From the IMG/VR virus record IMGVR_UViG_3300032280_000442, positions 128,001-192,000 of that record: a stretch of DNA of 64,000 nucleotides; one strand, given 5' to 3'. Shown here in pieces: positions 1-9,301 of this stretch. Position numbers and translations under genes: made by a program. The stretch comes from a virus (Duplodnaviria > Caudoviricetes). The notes beneath the pieces were generated by a model that saw only the letters and a program-made list of their open reading frames with translations, did not search any database and was not told the origin of the DNA. The first letter of the stretch is position 1. Each line of letters opens with the position of its first letter.

Positions 1-173
1 GTCATAGCACCAATCTCAATCGCGATAGATAAGTAAATAGCCCAACTAATAGGGTTCGCTAAGTTATACCAAGAGACAACGTGAGATATTGATATTCCCG
101 CAACTAATAATATAGGTACTAAGAACATAGCCCTATTTGGGTGTTCTTTTACCCAATTCCATATTTTTTTCAT
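1..173 (-). CDS. membrane protein, partial (runs off window start)
   Basis: ATG at 173-171 overlaps the stop of the upstream ORF. Manual translation MKKIWNWVKEHPNRAMFLVPILLVAGISISHVVSWYNLANPISWAIYLSIAIEIGAM... is open to base 1 and has hydrophobic segments. Confidence 0.7.
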   Translation of the reverse strand, partial: MKKIWNWVKEHPNRAMFLVPILLVAGISISHVVSWYNLANPISWAIYLSIAIEIGAM

Positions 174-442
174 TATTTCTCTAATTTAGAAATTTCTTGG
201 TCAATCTCAGTTTGTCTATTAACATCTAAGATTTTTCTATCAGACGCTTGAATAGCTCTTTTTTCTGATTTAAGACCTTCAATTTTTATTTCTTTACGAA
301 GTTTAACCGATAATGTGTCAACGCTATCGTTAACATTTTGTACTTTTGTGTTAGTTGTACAGGTTTTGAAGAAAATGATTACCACAAGTAAAAACATTAT
401 TCTAACACCCCAAGCGTCAATAAAATTTAATATTCCTTTCAT
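173..442 (-). CDS. small single-pass membrane protein with C-terminal coiled coil
   Basis: Hydrophobic stretch IMFLLVVIIFF followed by Cys and a charged helical tail; translationally coupled to the next gene. Confidence 0.7.
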   Translation of the reverse strand: MKGILNFIDAWGVRIMFLLVVIIFFKTCTTNTKVQNVNDSVDTLSVKLRKEIKIEGLKSEKRAIQASDRKILDVNRQTEIDQEISKLEK

Positions 443-471
443 AATTTTTGTTTTAAGTTTATCATAAAAGT

Positions 472-503
472 AAAAAACCTTCTATTATAATAAATAGAAG
501 GTT
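472..503 (-). terminator. intrinsic terminator downstream of sigma gene
   Basis: Stem AACCTTCTATT (476-486) / AATAGAAGGTT (493-503) running into a T-tract on the minus strand. Confidence 0.6.
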
Positions 504-512
504 CTAAACTTT

Positions 513-1313
513 TTACAAATATTCAAACAATATTGAACTATCATTCCTTAATTTTCGTAAAGCCTTTTCTTTGATTTGTCTAACTCGTTCTTTTGTTAGA
601 TTAAAATCCGTACCAATATCTTCAAGGGTTCTTGGTGTCCCACTAAGACCGTAATAGTCCTCAACAATCACTTTTTCTCTTTCATCTAAAACACTTAGTA
701 AAGAATGTAACTGTAATTTTAATTCATCTTTAGTGTTAAATACCTCATCCGGCATATCCGCTTGGTCATTTTTAATGATATCTACAAGAGTATCACCATC
801 TTCGTTGATATTCATATCCAAATCAATCATTGAAGGTAGGTTTTGGAATTTATCTTCTAACTTACCACCATTAGATTCAATTGCTTTCTTAGCTCTATGT
901 AAATCCTGAACCACATTAACCGGTAGTCTAATTGTACGAGCATTATCATTTAATGATTGAAGGATGGATTGTTTAACCCACCATACAGCATAAGATATAA
1001 ATCTAAGGTTCTTAGACCAATCAAAATTTTGGATTGCTTTCATCAATCCTAAGTTACCCTCAGAGATTAAATCAGGGAAGTCTAAACCTTGATTTTGATA
1101 TTGTTTAGCAACTGTAATAACAAAACGTAAGTTACCCTCCAACAATTCTTGGTTTACATCATCAATCTCTCTTGGAGATAAAGTCCCGGACATAATCAAT
1201 TTAGATAATTCTCTCTCTCTTTCAGGAGTCATTACTTTAATCTTACGAATGTCTTTTAAATACAAGTTAATCTCTTCTTGATTAATTGGAATACCTGAGC
1301 TTTTTTCTTTCAT
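513..1313 (-). CDS. rpoD: phage-encoded sigma70 factor, RpoD/SigA family (Bacteroidota-like, no region 1.1)
   Basis: Region 1.2 LYLKDI; region 2 NLRFVITVAKQY, DLISEGNLGLMKA, FISYAVWW; ARTIRLP; region 4 TLEDIG...LTKERVRQIKEKALRKLR. Confidence 0.92.
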   Translation of the reverse strand: MKEKSSGIPINQEEINLYLKDIRKIKVMTPERERELSKLIMSGTLSPREIDDVNQELLEGNLRFVITVAKQYQNQGLDFPDLISEGNLGLMKAIQNFDWSKNLRFISYAVWWVKQSILQSLNDNARTIRLPVNVVQDLHRAKKAIESNGGKLEDKFQNLPSMIDLDMNINEDGDTLVDIIKNDQADMPDEVFNTKDELKLQLHSLLSVLDEREKVIVEDYYGLSGTPRTLEDIGTDFNLTKERVRQIKEKALRKLRNDSSILFEYL

Positions 1314-1314
1314 A

Positions 1315-1890
1315 TTAATTTGAGTATTTGTTTAATTGCGATAATTCTTTTTCAGTCAACGAATTTAAACCTTTTTCTTTAATCTTTTCTAATAATTCGT
1401 CTAAAGATGGACTACGTTGTTTGTTTTTAATTTCATCTATGTCAGACCATTCATCTTCATCATATTCAAAATAAAAATTTTCAATGTTTAAATTAAAATT
1501 ATCTCGGATTTGTTCTTGTATCATTTTTCGTACCTCAAATTCATTTGGTTCAGAACCAAGTGATTTTTCTGACATAAAGTCACTAATCCCATCATTAAAA
1601 AGATGTTTTGATATTTTTTCAGGTAAACCATATGACAATTTGTCAGACGTATAAGGTAGTAATACATACATTATCTCACCAACACCTAAAATCATATCAA
1701 CATAATCTTTCACATCCTCATAGGAATCTAATGTTGAGATTGTGAACACAGATGATTCTGGTCCAAAATAAAAATTAAGATTTGGTGTATCCGAAATAAC
1801 ACATAATTCTTCGGCAATTTGTTCTGTAAATTCTTTTGGGTTGTCGTTTTTAGCAAAGACAAATAAAATGTATTTGGTTAAGTCCTTCAT
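1315..1890 (-). CDS. hypothetical protein
   Basis: 191-aa ORF abutting the sigma gene. The C-terminal LDELLEKIKEKGLNSLTEKE motif resembles DUF6576-like short helical domains. Confidence 0.75.
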   Translation of the reverse strand: MKDLTKYILFVFAKNDNPKEFTEQIAEELCVISDTPNLNFYFGPESSVFTISTLDSYEDVKDYVDMILGVGEIMYVLLPYTSDKLSYGLPEKISKHLFNDGISDFMSEKSLGSEPNEFEVRKMIQEQIRDNFNLNIENFYFEYDEDEWSDIDEIKNKQRSPSLDELLEKIKEKGLNSLTEKELSQLNKYSN

Positions 1891-1921
1891 ACGTTATACG
1901 TTTAAATTAGATATTATGTTA

Positions 1922-1929
1922 CAAAAGTA
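1922..1929 (-). promoter_or_regulatory. Bacteroidota-type -7 promoter element TACTTTTG
   Basis: Matches TAnnTTTG about 30 nt upstream of the start at 1890; the -33 element is only partial (GTTG). Confidence 0.55.
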
Positions 1930-2457
1930 CTAAACTCTTTTGGAATAACCAACTATTTGATAAAAATCTTTTTTTCCCTCACAGTAATCTTTAACTTTTT
2001 CAAGTAATTCTTTAAACATAAAAGCTCCTGTTGTTTGTTTTTCACAAATTGAAAATAATTCAATAAATGCAGTTAAGGTCGCAATACTGTAGTATCCAGT
2101 ATTATTCAAATCATTATACTTATTAACCAGGTCTAATGTATGAACCAAATTATAATCATTTCTTTGTTCAACTGATGTGAATGGTTTGGTATTTTCATAC
2201 ATTAAAATTAAGTCATTTACATATTCTAACACAAGATTTTTATTTGATTCACATTTAACCAATAAATCCACAATCCAATGTGTATGTGATGGAGTTCTTA
2301 ATCGTTTACCCTCTTCTCGGTATTTAACAATAAAGTCAAGTTCCGGATTCTCACCTCTCATACCTTGATAAATACCAATAGTCGTTTTATCATCTGTTTT
2401 CCAATAAGTTAAAGGACTGTGAGCCACTTTTTTTCTATTATAAATTAGCTGTTTCAT
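1930..2457 (-). CDS. hypothetical protein with own promoter (moron-like)
   Basis: 175-aa ORF preceded by a terminator and a host-type promoter. Confidence 0.75.
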   Translation of the reverse strand: MKQLIYNRKKVAHSPLTYWKTDDKTTIGIYQGMRGENPELDFIVKYREEGKRLRTPSHTHWIVDLLVKCESNKNLVLEYVNDLILMYENTKPFTSVEQRNDYNLVHTLDLVNKYNDLNNTGYYSIATLTAFIELFSICEKQTTGAFMFKELLEKVKDYCEGKKDFYQIVGYSKRV

Positions 2458-2480
2458 TAATATTTAGTTAAATTAGGTAA

Positions 2481-2511
2481 CAAAGATACTAAAAAAATTA
2501 TGTTTCCCAAA
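2481..2511 (-). promoter_or_regulatory. Bacteroidota sigma70 promoter TTTG-N19-TATCTTTG
   Basis: Minus-strand TTTG (2511-2508), 19-nt spacer, TATCTTTG (2488-2481): exact match to the -33/-7 consensus. Confidence 0.75.
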
Positions 2512-2528
2512 TTTTTATTGGGAAACAT
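2491..2528 (-). terminator. intrinsic terminator at the end of sbcC
   Basis: Stem ATGTTTCCCAA (2500-2510) / TTGGGAAACAT (2518-2528), then AA and T7 on the minus strand. Confidence 0.65.
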
Positions 2529-4884
2529 AACTAATATTTTCTTCTTTTCTAATTCTTACCACATTATCCGCCCAATTTGTTACTAATGGGTTGTGAGTTA
2601 TAACAAATATTTTCTCAAAGTATTCTTTAATTTTAGAGAAAAACTCCGATACCATCTCCAAGTTATCGTTGGACATCTTTCCAAACACCTCGTCAAATAC
2701 AACAACGTTAGCTCTTGGTAATGAACATATCTTACTTAACACCGCTCTTAACGCTAGTGAAGCGATTGACCTTTCATATCCGGAACCGGACGCCATTGGT
2801 TTCTCAACTTGGGTGTTATTATCAATCATAAGGAAGTCAACCTCATTCTTATCGTTAATCTTAACTTCTAATCTAAAGTGACAACTATCCTCTAACAATC
2901 GTTGAAGTTCACTATTAATAAGTGGCATCATAGTCTTCATTATAAGTTTGGTCACACCATTCTTACCAAAAATTTCCAAATAGATTTTGTATATTCTTTC
3001 TCTCTCTGCCTCTTCCGCAATCTTTCTAATTGTTTCCAAGTTAGAAGTTATCTTAGTAGTTAGATTGGTAATTGTAAATTTATTGTTTGAAATACTAGTT
3101 TCAATAGTTTTCTTTTCACCCTCAAGTTCATCAATTCTAATCGCAGCTTTAATCAACAATCCATCTGTCTTATTATTTTCAATAATCTTATCCTGAACTT
3201 CAGAGTATCTTTCCAATTTGGTTTTCAACGCATCAATCATCAATTGAAAACGTTCAACACTTAATTCATATTTTTCTTTGATAAGTTTGTTCTTCTCATA
3301 CTCATCAAACTCTTTTTTAAGATTAACAAAACTTTCTTCTTTGCTGGTTAATTCACGCATTAACCCCTCTAATTCCTCTTTATGAGTGATAAGTCCGGCA
3401 AGTTCCCCAATTTTTGCGTTGGTAATCGCCGCATTCATTAGTTCAATACCACAGTGTTCACATTTGATTCCACCATCAACCGAACTCTTCAACTCCTCAA
3501 TACTTTTAATCTTTGCGTTGTTCTCAGCTTGTTTGGTAATTAAATCTTTAATCTCCTGTTTTACCTCATCGTGTTTATCCTCGTGATAAAATTCAGATGG
3601 TTCAACAACCTTAACACCATCTCTATCTGAAATAGCTTTGGATTTTTGTAAGTCCAACCCATTAATCTCTTCCTGAACTTTGTCCGGAGAAACCGTTACC
3701 AATTCATTATCAATGTTGTGTTTGGATTTCAATAACCCATCACGATACTCTTGACCTTTAAGGATTCTTGATTTAGCATCTTCCAATTGAGTATCTAACG
3801 TAAGATTACTCTCCGTTAGAGTATCAATGGTATCTTGACTAGTTTGGTTGTCCGTTTTAAGTTCTTCAGAGTTATAAATGTTTGACAACATTCCTTTGGA
3901 GAAGTCACTATAAATTTCTTTAGCAGCTTCTTCTTTACGTTTAAGGAAATCTAACCCCATAAACCTTGAAAGAACTTGACCCCTCGCCGTAGGTTTGGCA
4001 TCAATTAGTTCTTCCAAGTTGGTGGCAGTTGTTAGGATGGTCATTAAGAAGTCCTCTTTGGTTCCGATAGACGTTTTGATAAACGCCTCGGTCTCTCTTC
4101 GTTGTTCTCCGGTGAAGTTCTGCAAACTACCATCAGACAATCTTTTGTAGAAGTCCAACTCGGTCTTAACCGTCCATTCATTTTTCTTTGATAACTTTCT
4201 CTCAATATTTCTCAATATGATATACTCCTCACCATCGATTGTAATCTCACCTTTTACGGCAACTTTGTTTCTCTCTGTAAACCTATTGAATATCTCCTCC
4301 GCTTTGGATGTCTTGGTTGTCTCATTAAAGAATAAGAACATAAGTAAATCCACAGTAAGAACTGTCTTACCCCCAAAGTTAGGTGGGTTTGACTCTACAA
4401 CCGTAATCCCATCACACTTCTCAAAATCTATCTTCTGATTCTCACCATAGGATAAAAAGTTTGAGAACTCAATGTTTTTGATATACCATCTCTTAAACGG
4501 AGTGGCATCGGTTTGGTCCTGTAACAATTTGTTATCCACAATACTATTAAGTTGGTAGATATCATCGTAGTGTTCCATATTCCCTTTTGAATCCAAGAAT
4601 GAACGAACTAACTCTAATTGATAGTTCTCATCCAAGATGTTAAAGGATATGTCTACGGTATGTGTGGTGTCGTCAGCAACCTTTGTCTTTGTAATAACAT
4701 TAACATTGGTTGTGTTGTACTTTTTTTGAAAGTAATGACGAACACTTTTTATTTTTTCTTGTGTAAAGTTTTCAGCATAGTCCTCCCATACAATCTGTAG
4801 GTAAGGATTATCAAAACTTGTGATATCTAAATCTTTTATCATTATTGTGTAATTAAATTCTATGGGGGGATTAAATAAATCCAT
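2515..4884 (-). CDS. sbcC: SbcC/Rad50/gp46-like recombination ATPase with N-terminal extension
   Basis: IEFSNFLSYG, Walker A NFGGKT, coiled coils, Zn-hook CEHC, signature SGSGYE, Walker B VVFDEVFG, H-loop VITHN. Confidence 0.92.
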   Translation of the reverse strand: MDLFNPPIEFNYTIMIKDLDITSFDNPYLQIVWEDYAENFTQEKIKSVRHYFQKKYNTTNVNVITKTKVADDTTHTVDISFNILDENYQLELVRSFLDSKGNMEHYDDIYQLNSIVDNKLLQDQTDATPFKRWYIKNIEFSNFLSYGENQKIDFEKCDGITVVESNPPNFGGKTVLTVDLLMFLFFNETTKTSKAEEIFNRFTERNKVAVKGEITIDGEEYIILRNIERKLSKKNEWTVKTELDFYKRLSDGSLQNFTGEQRRETEAFIKTSIGTKEDFLMTILTTATNLEELIDAKPTARGQVLSRFMGLDFLKRKEEAAKEIYSDFSKGMLSNIYNSEELKTDNQTSQDTIDTLTESNLTLDTQLEDAKSRILKGQEYRDGLLKSKHNIDNELVTVSPDKVQEEINGLDLQKSKAISDRDGVKVVEPSEFYHEDKHDEVKQEIKDLITKQAENNAKIKSIEELKSSVDGGIKCEHCGIELMNAAITNAKIGELAGLITHKEELEGLMRELTSKEESFVNLKKEFDEYEKNKLIKEKYELSVERFQLMIDALKTKLERYSEVQDKIIENNKTDGLLIKAAIRIDELEGEKKTIETSISNNKFTITNLTTKITSNLETIRKIAEEAERERIYKIYLEIFGKNGVTKLIMKTMMPLINSELQRLLEDSCHFRLEVKINDKNEVDFLMIDNNTQVEKPMASGSGYERSIASLALRAVLSKICSLPRANVVVFDEVFGKMSNDNLEMVSEFFSKIKEYFEKIFVITHNPLVTNWADNVVRIRKEENISYVSQ

Positions 4885-4890
4885 TGGTTG

Positions 4891-4921
4891 AATGTCTAAA
4901 AAATGTCTAAGGAATGTCTAA
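4891..4921. repeat. three AATGTCTAA direct repeats with 11-bp period upstream of sbcC
   Basis: Copies at 4891-4899, 4902-4910 and 4913-4921. Confidence 0.8.
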
Positions 4922-5190
4922 ACTGTTTGTGGTGTTACGACCTCATCATCTGTTACATTCATTTGATTGATATCACCATTAACAATTTCATCTGAAATAA
5001 TCTCAGTGTTAATATCCATCATCTCACCGTTTTCATTTTGATATTGAGCTTTCAACTCCTCCATTTGTTTCTCAAACATTTCAGTATATTCTGCTTGAGC
5101 TTTCTTTCTTAATCCTCTAAGAGCGTTGTTTCTTGTTGTTACTCTTACTTTGTGAGCCTTTGCTCCACCACGTAATTTTGACTTTGGCAT
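4918..5190 (-). CDS. hypothetical protein (basic N-terminus, acidic C-terminus)
   Basis: 90-aa ORF in a tightly packed operon. Confidence 0.7.
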   Translation of the reverse strand: MPKSKLRGGAKAHKVRVTTRNNALRGLRKKAQAEYTEMFEKQMEELKAQYQNENGEMMDINTEIISDEIVNGDINQMNVTDDEVVTPQTV

Positions 5191-5206
5191 AATTGTTTTT
5201 ATTTAT

Positions 5207-5731
5207 TTAATTGTTATTTATTTCGTTATTCATTTGTTCTCGTATTTCCTCCAATGTTATTCCCGGTTCACTATTAATTCGTTCCTTAACCACACTAGTC
5301 AGTCTATCAATAATGTCTTGACCTAAGTTCTTATCTCTATCAGATAATCCCATATGATTAGGACTCTCACCACCTTCATCATCATTACGATAATAATCCA
5401 ACCAATCCGGTCTTTCTTGAACTTTAATACTCTCAACTTTCTTAATCATTTTTTGAACTTCCGTTTCAGACCCTTTTAACATTTTAGATATCTGAACCTT
5501 TCGTTCAATATTTCTAAACCTATTATAATAATCGTTAGTCTTCGCTCCGTGGAAGTTAATATCGGTTTTATTATCTTCCAAATAATATATGATATCAACA
5601 ATTTCATCACTGTCATCATTAATCCCCATATCATTTACCAACTGAAAGAAATCATCACATTTAATAATCTTTCTTGTCTCAGTTTTATCTCTCAAAAACT
5701 TAATTACAAAGTCACCTAACTTACTTTCCAT
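5207..5731 (-). CDS. hypothetical protein
   Basis: 174-aa ORF in the operon. Confidence 0.72.
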   Translation of the reverse strand: MESKLGDFVIKFLRDKTETRKIIKCDDFFQLVNDMGINDDSDEIVDIIYYLEDNKTDINFHGAKTNDYYNRFRNIERKVQISKMLKGSETEVQKMIKKVESIKVQERPDWLDYYRNDDEGGESPNHMGLSDRDKNLGQDIIDRLTSVVKERINSEPGITLEEIREQMNNEINNN

Positions 5732-5734
5732 ACT

Positions 5735-6085
5735 TTAATTTTTTGCAGGTCTATTTTCCTCAAACCATTCCACAATAGCATTTATTGCCCATACCGCTCC
5801 GGATGATAGAATTCCATCAAAGAACCAACTAATCCATAGTGGTGTACCAAACAATACAAATGTTGGTGAGAACACGGTTAATGATAAGAACCAACCTCCG
5901 TGAAAACTAAAACACATTGGGCAGGTTAATATACCTGAGATAAAGCTCCCTATTCTTTTGAAAGGTGCGTGTTGTGAATCCCCCCAATTTTTAAAGAAGT
6001 TTCTAACTCCTTGAAAGATTGACCCGTAGACCATAATGTTCATAAGCCCGTAGCTTAAAATGAACCAAGTTAAAATGTAAATCAT
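5735..6085 (-). CDS. membrane protein, DUF1360-like
   Basis: About 3 hydrophobic segments and an ILTCPMCFSF CxxC motif. Confidence 0.65.
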   Translation of the reverse strand: MIYILTWFILSYGLMNIMVYGSIFQGVRNFFKNWGDSQHAPFKRIGSFISGILTCPMCFSFHGGWFLSLTVFSPTFVLFGTPLWISWFFDGILSSGAVWAINAIVEWFEENRPAKN

Positions 6086-6086
6086 A

Positions 6087-6512
6087 TTATATATTATTTT
6101 GTTTATTTATTTTTTCAAGTTCTTCAATCCTTGTGTTTTTTAAAGATAGTTCTTTTCTAAGTTTCTGTAAAGTTTCTTGGAGAAGTTTAACCTTATTATT
6201 TACTTGAGTTTCGTCCCCAATTTTATCTATATTTGGGACGGGAACTTCTACTATAATTTCTTTAATGACCTCAACCTCTTTAATAACTTCCACCGGAACT
6301 TCTACCCGTATTTCACGGATTACTTCAATTTCTACCTGTTTTTCACCAACAATATCCGTTTTTTCTGAATCATCACCAAGTAAACCATATTTTTCAATGT
6401 TCAAACCATTGGTAAAACATTTAGATATAAATTTCTCGACATCCTCAATATTGTTTAACTTACAATATTCTTGAACTAATGTTAATTGATTAGTTGTTAG
6501 TTTGACTTCCAC
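6087..6512 (-). CDS. hypothetical protein with EVIKE/VEVPV repeats and coiled coil
   Basis: EIRVEVPVEVIKEVEVIKEIIVEVPV segment; overlaps the sbcD stop. Confidence 0.7.
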   Translation of the reverse strand: MEVKLTTNQLTLVQEYCKLNNIEDVEKFISKCFTNGLNIEKYGLLGDDSEKTDIVGEKQVEIEVIREIRVEVPVEVIKEVEVIKEIIVEVPVPNIDKIGDETQVNNKVKLLQETLQKLRKELSLKNTRIEELEKINKQNNI

Positions 6513-7287
6513 TGTTAACTAATTTTTCAGTTCCATTTATTATATCATCAAATGATTTCATCTTAAATGATAAGAAAGGTTTTGGATTATCCAAATCAAC
6601 AAATGAATAATCATCTGTTTCAAGATTATAGATTCCGAATCCGTGTTTGGTTATTGTCTCACCATAGTTCTGTTGGATTGTTGAACCCACCATATACGCT
6701 TTCTTACCTCCCGGGATGTTGAAGATTTGTCTTTTGTGAATATCCCCACATAAAACCAAATCACATCCGTTAAACTTATCTGTTTCAAACCCGGTTTCAA
6801 ACTTATATCCAATATCAGTTGTTAATCCCTGAACTGGTCCGTGAAATAAACCAATCTTTAATCTACCCGTATTTTCAATCTCAGGTGGAATGTTATGGTC
6901 AAGTAATGAATACACCACCCAATCAACATTATCGTCCTCGTATTCACCTCTGTTCTTCAAATAAACGATGTTATCATTCTTTAATGAATCAATTACTGGT
7001 GTTAAGGCATCCAACCTTGATGAGTTGGACTCCAAAAAATCGTGATTACCTATTATGACAATCGTTTTGGCAATTTGAGAACACTCCGTAAGAACCCAAG
7101 CCACAAACTCAATAAGTTCAGGTGTCATTTGGTTCTTAGAATGAACTAGGTCTCCGGTGAAGACAATTCTATCCGGAACAATCTCTCTGAATTGTTCCAA
7201 CATATTATTCAAGATACCTCTGTATAAGTCGTGGTCTTTAAATAATCTTATATGTAAGTCACTAAAGTGAACTAATTTTTTTATCAT
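6490..7287 (-). CDS. sbcD: SbcD/Mre11/gp47-like metallophosphoesterase nuclease
   Basis: Motifs SDLH, GDLVH, GNHD, LFHG, GDIH, GS..QQNYGE. Start moved to MIKKLVHF at 7287. Confidence 0.9.
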   Translation of the reverse strand: MIKKLVHFSDLHIRLFKDHDLYRGILNNMLEQFREIVPDRIVFTGDLVHSKNQMTPELIEFVAWVLTECSQIAKTIVIIGNHDFLESNSSRLDALTPVIDSLKNDNIVYLKNRGEYEDDNVDWVVYSLLDHNIPPEIENTGRLKIGLFHGPVQGLTTDIGYKFETGFETDKFNGCDLVLCGDIHKRQIFNIPGGKKAYMVGSTIQQNYGETITKHGFGIYNLETDDYSFVDLDNPKPFLSFKMKSFDDIINGTEKLVNSGSQTNN

Positions 7288-7288
7288 C

Positions 7289-7504
7289 TTATTTGTCAAA
7301 TAATTTAAACTCCTCATTTACGTGACCACAATCGTCACATCTGTAAGTTGGAAACGGAACAATAGTGTCTTCCGAACTTCCTGTTAACAATTTGTTAACT
7401 TTTTTTATCATAACAACTTCTTTGAAGTAGATACTGTCACACTCCTCACATACTAATGTTGGTTGTTGTTTTAAATCAATCTTTGGTTTTAATAAATCGT
7501 CCAT
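7289..7504 (-). CDS. small zinc-ribbon protein
   Basis: CEEC...CDDC pairs in 71 aa. Confidence 0.75.
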   Translation of the reverse strand: MDDLLKPKIDLKQQPTLVCEECDSIYFKEVVMIKKVNKLLTGSSEDTIVPFPTYRCDDCGHVNEEFKLFDK

Positions 7505-7532
7505 ATTCTTTTTTTATAAATTTAGTTTATTT

Positions 7533-8396
7533 TTATTTCTTTGTCAAATACTTTGACATATCCATTTCCAAGATAGTGTCTTGAACTGTCTTTGGAACAC
7601 GGAACTCTTCATATTGTCCAATTTCTTTAACAAGGACAATTACACACCCATACAATTTAATGTTTTCGTATTTGGTTCCTTGTAACATTTTAATAAGAAG
7701 TTTCCCGTAAAACGGTAATTGAGTGAAGTAATGACCCAACGCATTGTTTGGTAACTTATCAAATGGGTAATACATTTTTTTGGTAAAATGATTCTCTTCA
7801 AAATTTTTCGGTTTATTACTTTTCCAGTCTGTTATGACCAATCCAAACTCGGTTTGTTCCTTATTCATAATTAACCACACCTTATCCGGTTGTCCTGTAT
7901 ACTTCAACTCAGGGTCACCCAATACAATCTCAGTATCCAATAACACGGCACCCCTCTCAACCATAAGGTTTAGATATGTAGTACCTGCCGATATCATACT
8001 ATCCCCCTTTAATATTTGTGTAAAGTCACATTCAAAAATGGGTTGTCTCACTTCTTTATAATCCCCAAACATCTCAATGGTTTTCTTTTCCAACATATAG
8101 TGAACTCTACTTCCCATATTGGTTGAGTAATCTCCTGCCGCCTTCCACTCATCTAATAGTTGTTGTTGAACCTCAGGGTCACCTTTAGCCTTCTTTAGTG
8201 AGATACCTTCCGTATCAAACTCTTCGTAAAAGTATTTCATCACTTTACTAACGGAGGGATAATCACTTCGGATTACACCGGTTTCATCCTTCATATAATA
8301 AGTGTGGGTGTCCTCAACGAATGTTAACTCAAGTTCCTCTCTTCGTTTATCTAATAATCCTCTTATTTCTTTTGCAACCTCATTTAAATCTATCAT
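7533..8396 (-). CDS. PD-(D/E)xK (Cas4/RecB-like) exonuclease
   Basis: PSVS, GSRVH, E..GQPD, DWKS and QL..Y motifs. Confidence 0.8.
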   Translation of the reverse strand: MIDLNEVAKEIRGLLDKRREELELTFVEDTHTYYMKDETGVIRSDYPSVSKVMKYFYEEFDTEGISLKKAKGDPEVQQQLLDEWKAAGDYSTNMGSRVHYMLEKKTIEMFGDYKEVRQPIFECDFTQILKGDSMISAGTTYLNLMVERGAVLLDTEIVLGDPELKYTGQPDKVWLIMNKEQTEFGLVITDWKSNKPKNFEENHFTKKMYYPFDKLPNNALGHYFTQLPFYGKLLIKMLQGTKYENIKLYGCVIVLVKEIGQYEEFRVPKTVQDTILEMDMSKYLTKK

Positions 8397-9296
8397 CTAT
8401 TTCATTTTATAAAAGTAATCACTGATGTCACCCCTTAAATCGGCAACATCGGCATCACCCGTTAATTTTATTATTTTAACCTTACCATATAATCTCCCGC
8501 CATTTAAGTTGTGGAATAGTTTTACACCATCATTCCAAGCGTCACTATCCAAACAAATAATTATATTCCCATTTGCTTTCTCGTATAATGTATTAAGTAA
8601 TAGGTCGGACATATGTTTTCCCAACATAGCGATACTATTAGGTAAGAATATCGCATCAAACGCTCCTTCACAAAGATGAATGTCGGCATTCCAATTGATT
8701 GTACTTTCAAAAAAAATTATATCATCTTTTGATGCCTCAGGATTTTTGTATTTGGCTCTTGAGTTCGGGTCCCAACTTCGGGCAATAAAATAGTTCAACT
8801 CATCCTTACTATCATAGGATGGTATAATAATCCTTCCTGAGAATGCTCCACTATCACAGAATCCGATACCATACTTCTCAATAATCTTATCGGTAATACC
8901 TCTTTGAGTTAAGTAGTTATACGCCTGACGACGAACCGGATAAACTAAACTACTATCTTTGAATTTGGTAAATCCTTCAGGTAGTTTTAATTTAGTAACT
9001 CGTTTCTCTTTTGGTTTGTGATTTTCCGGTTGAAGTAAGTTGTAGATTTTTTTCTGTTTCTTATTACCAAAAGTATCTATAAGTTTTCCAAGAGGTCCTT
9101 TGGTATTATTTTCATCACCACAACTCCAACATTTATAAACGTGTTCAAAGTAATTTACCTCCATATTTCCTTTGTGCTGGTCTTCATCGCATACAGGACA
9201 GTCAAAAGATATTTGACCCTTTGACTCATAGTGAAGTTTTTCATCACCTAAGATATCGTGTAATATCTCCAATAAAATTTCCGCATCATCTGACAT
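8397..9296 (-). CDS. dnaG: DNA primase (Zn-finger + TOPRIM)
   Basis: CPVC/CWSC zinc finger, YLTQRGI, RIIIP, KYKNP, EGAFDA, CLDSDA. Confidence 0.87.
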   Translation of the reverse strand: MSDDAEILLEILHDILGDEKLHYESKGQISFDCPVCDEDQHKGNMEVNYFEHVYKCWSCGDENNTKGPLGKLIDTFGNKKQKKIYNLLQPENHKPKEKRVTKLKLPEGFTKFKDSSLVYPVRRQAYNYLTQRGITDKIIEKYGIGFCDSGAFSGRIIIPSYDSKDELNYFIARSWDPNSRAKYKNPEASKDDIIFFESTINWNADIHLCEGAFDAIFLPNSIAMLGKHMSDLLLNTLYEKANGNIIICLDSDAWNDGVKLFHNLNGGRLYGKVKIIKLTGDADVADLRGDISDYFYKMK

Positions 9297-9301
9297 ATAA
9301 G

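Noticed and set aside
173-442. Spanin or lipoprotein call
   Set aside because: FFKTC is not a good lipobox and no lysis genes are visible nearby.
7533-8396. Cas4 as part of a CRISPR system
   Set aside because: Stand-alone PD-(D/E)xK nuclease in a replication operon, with no Fe-S Cys cluster and no array.
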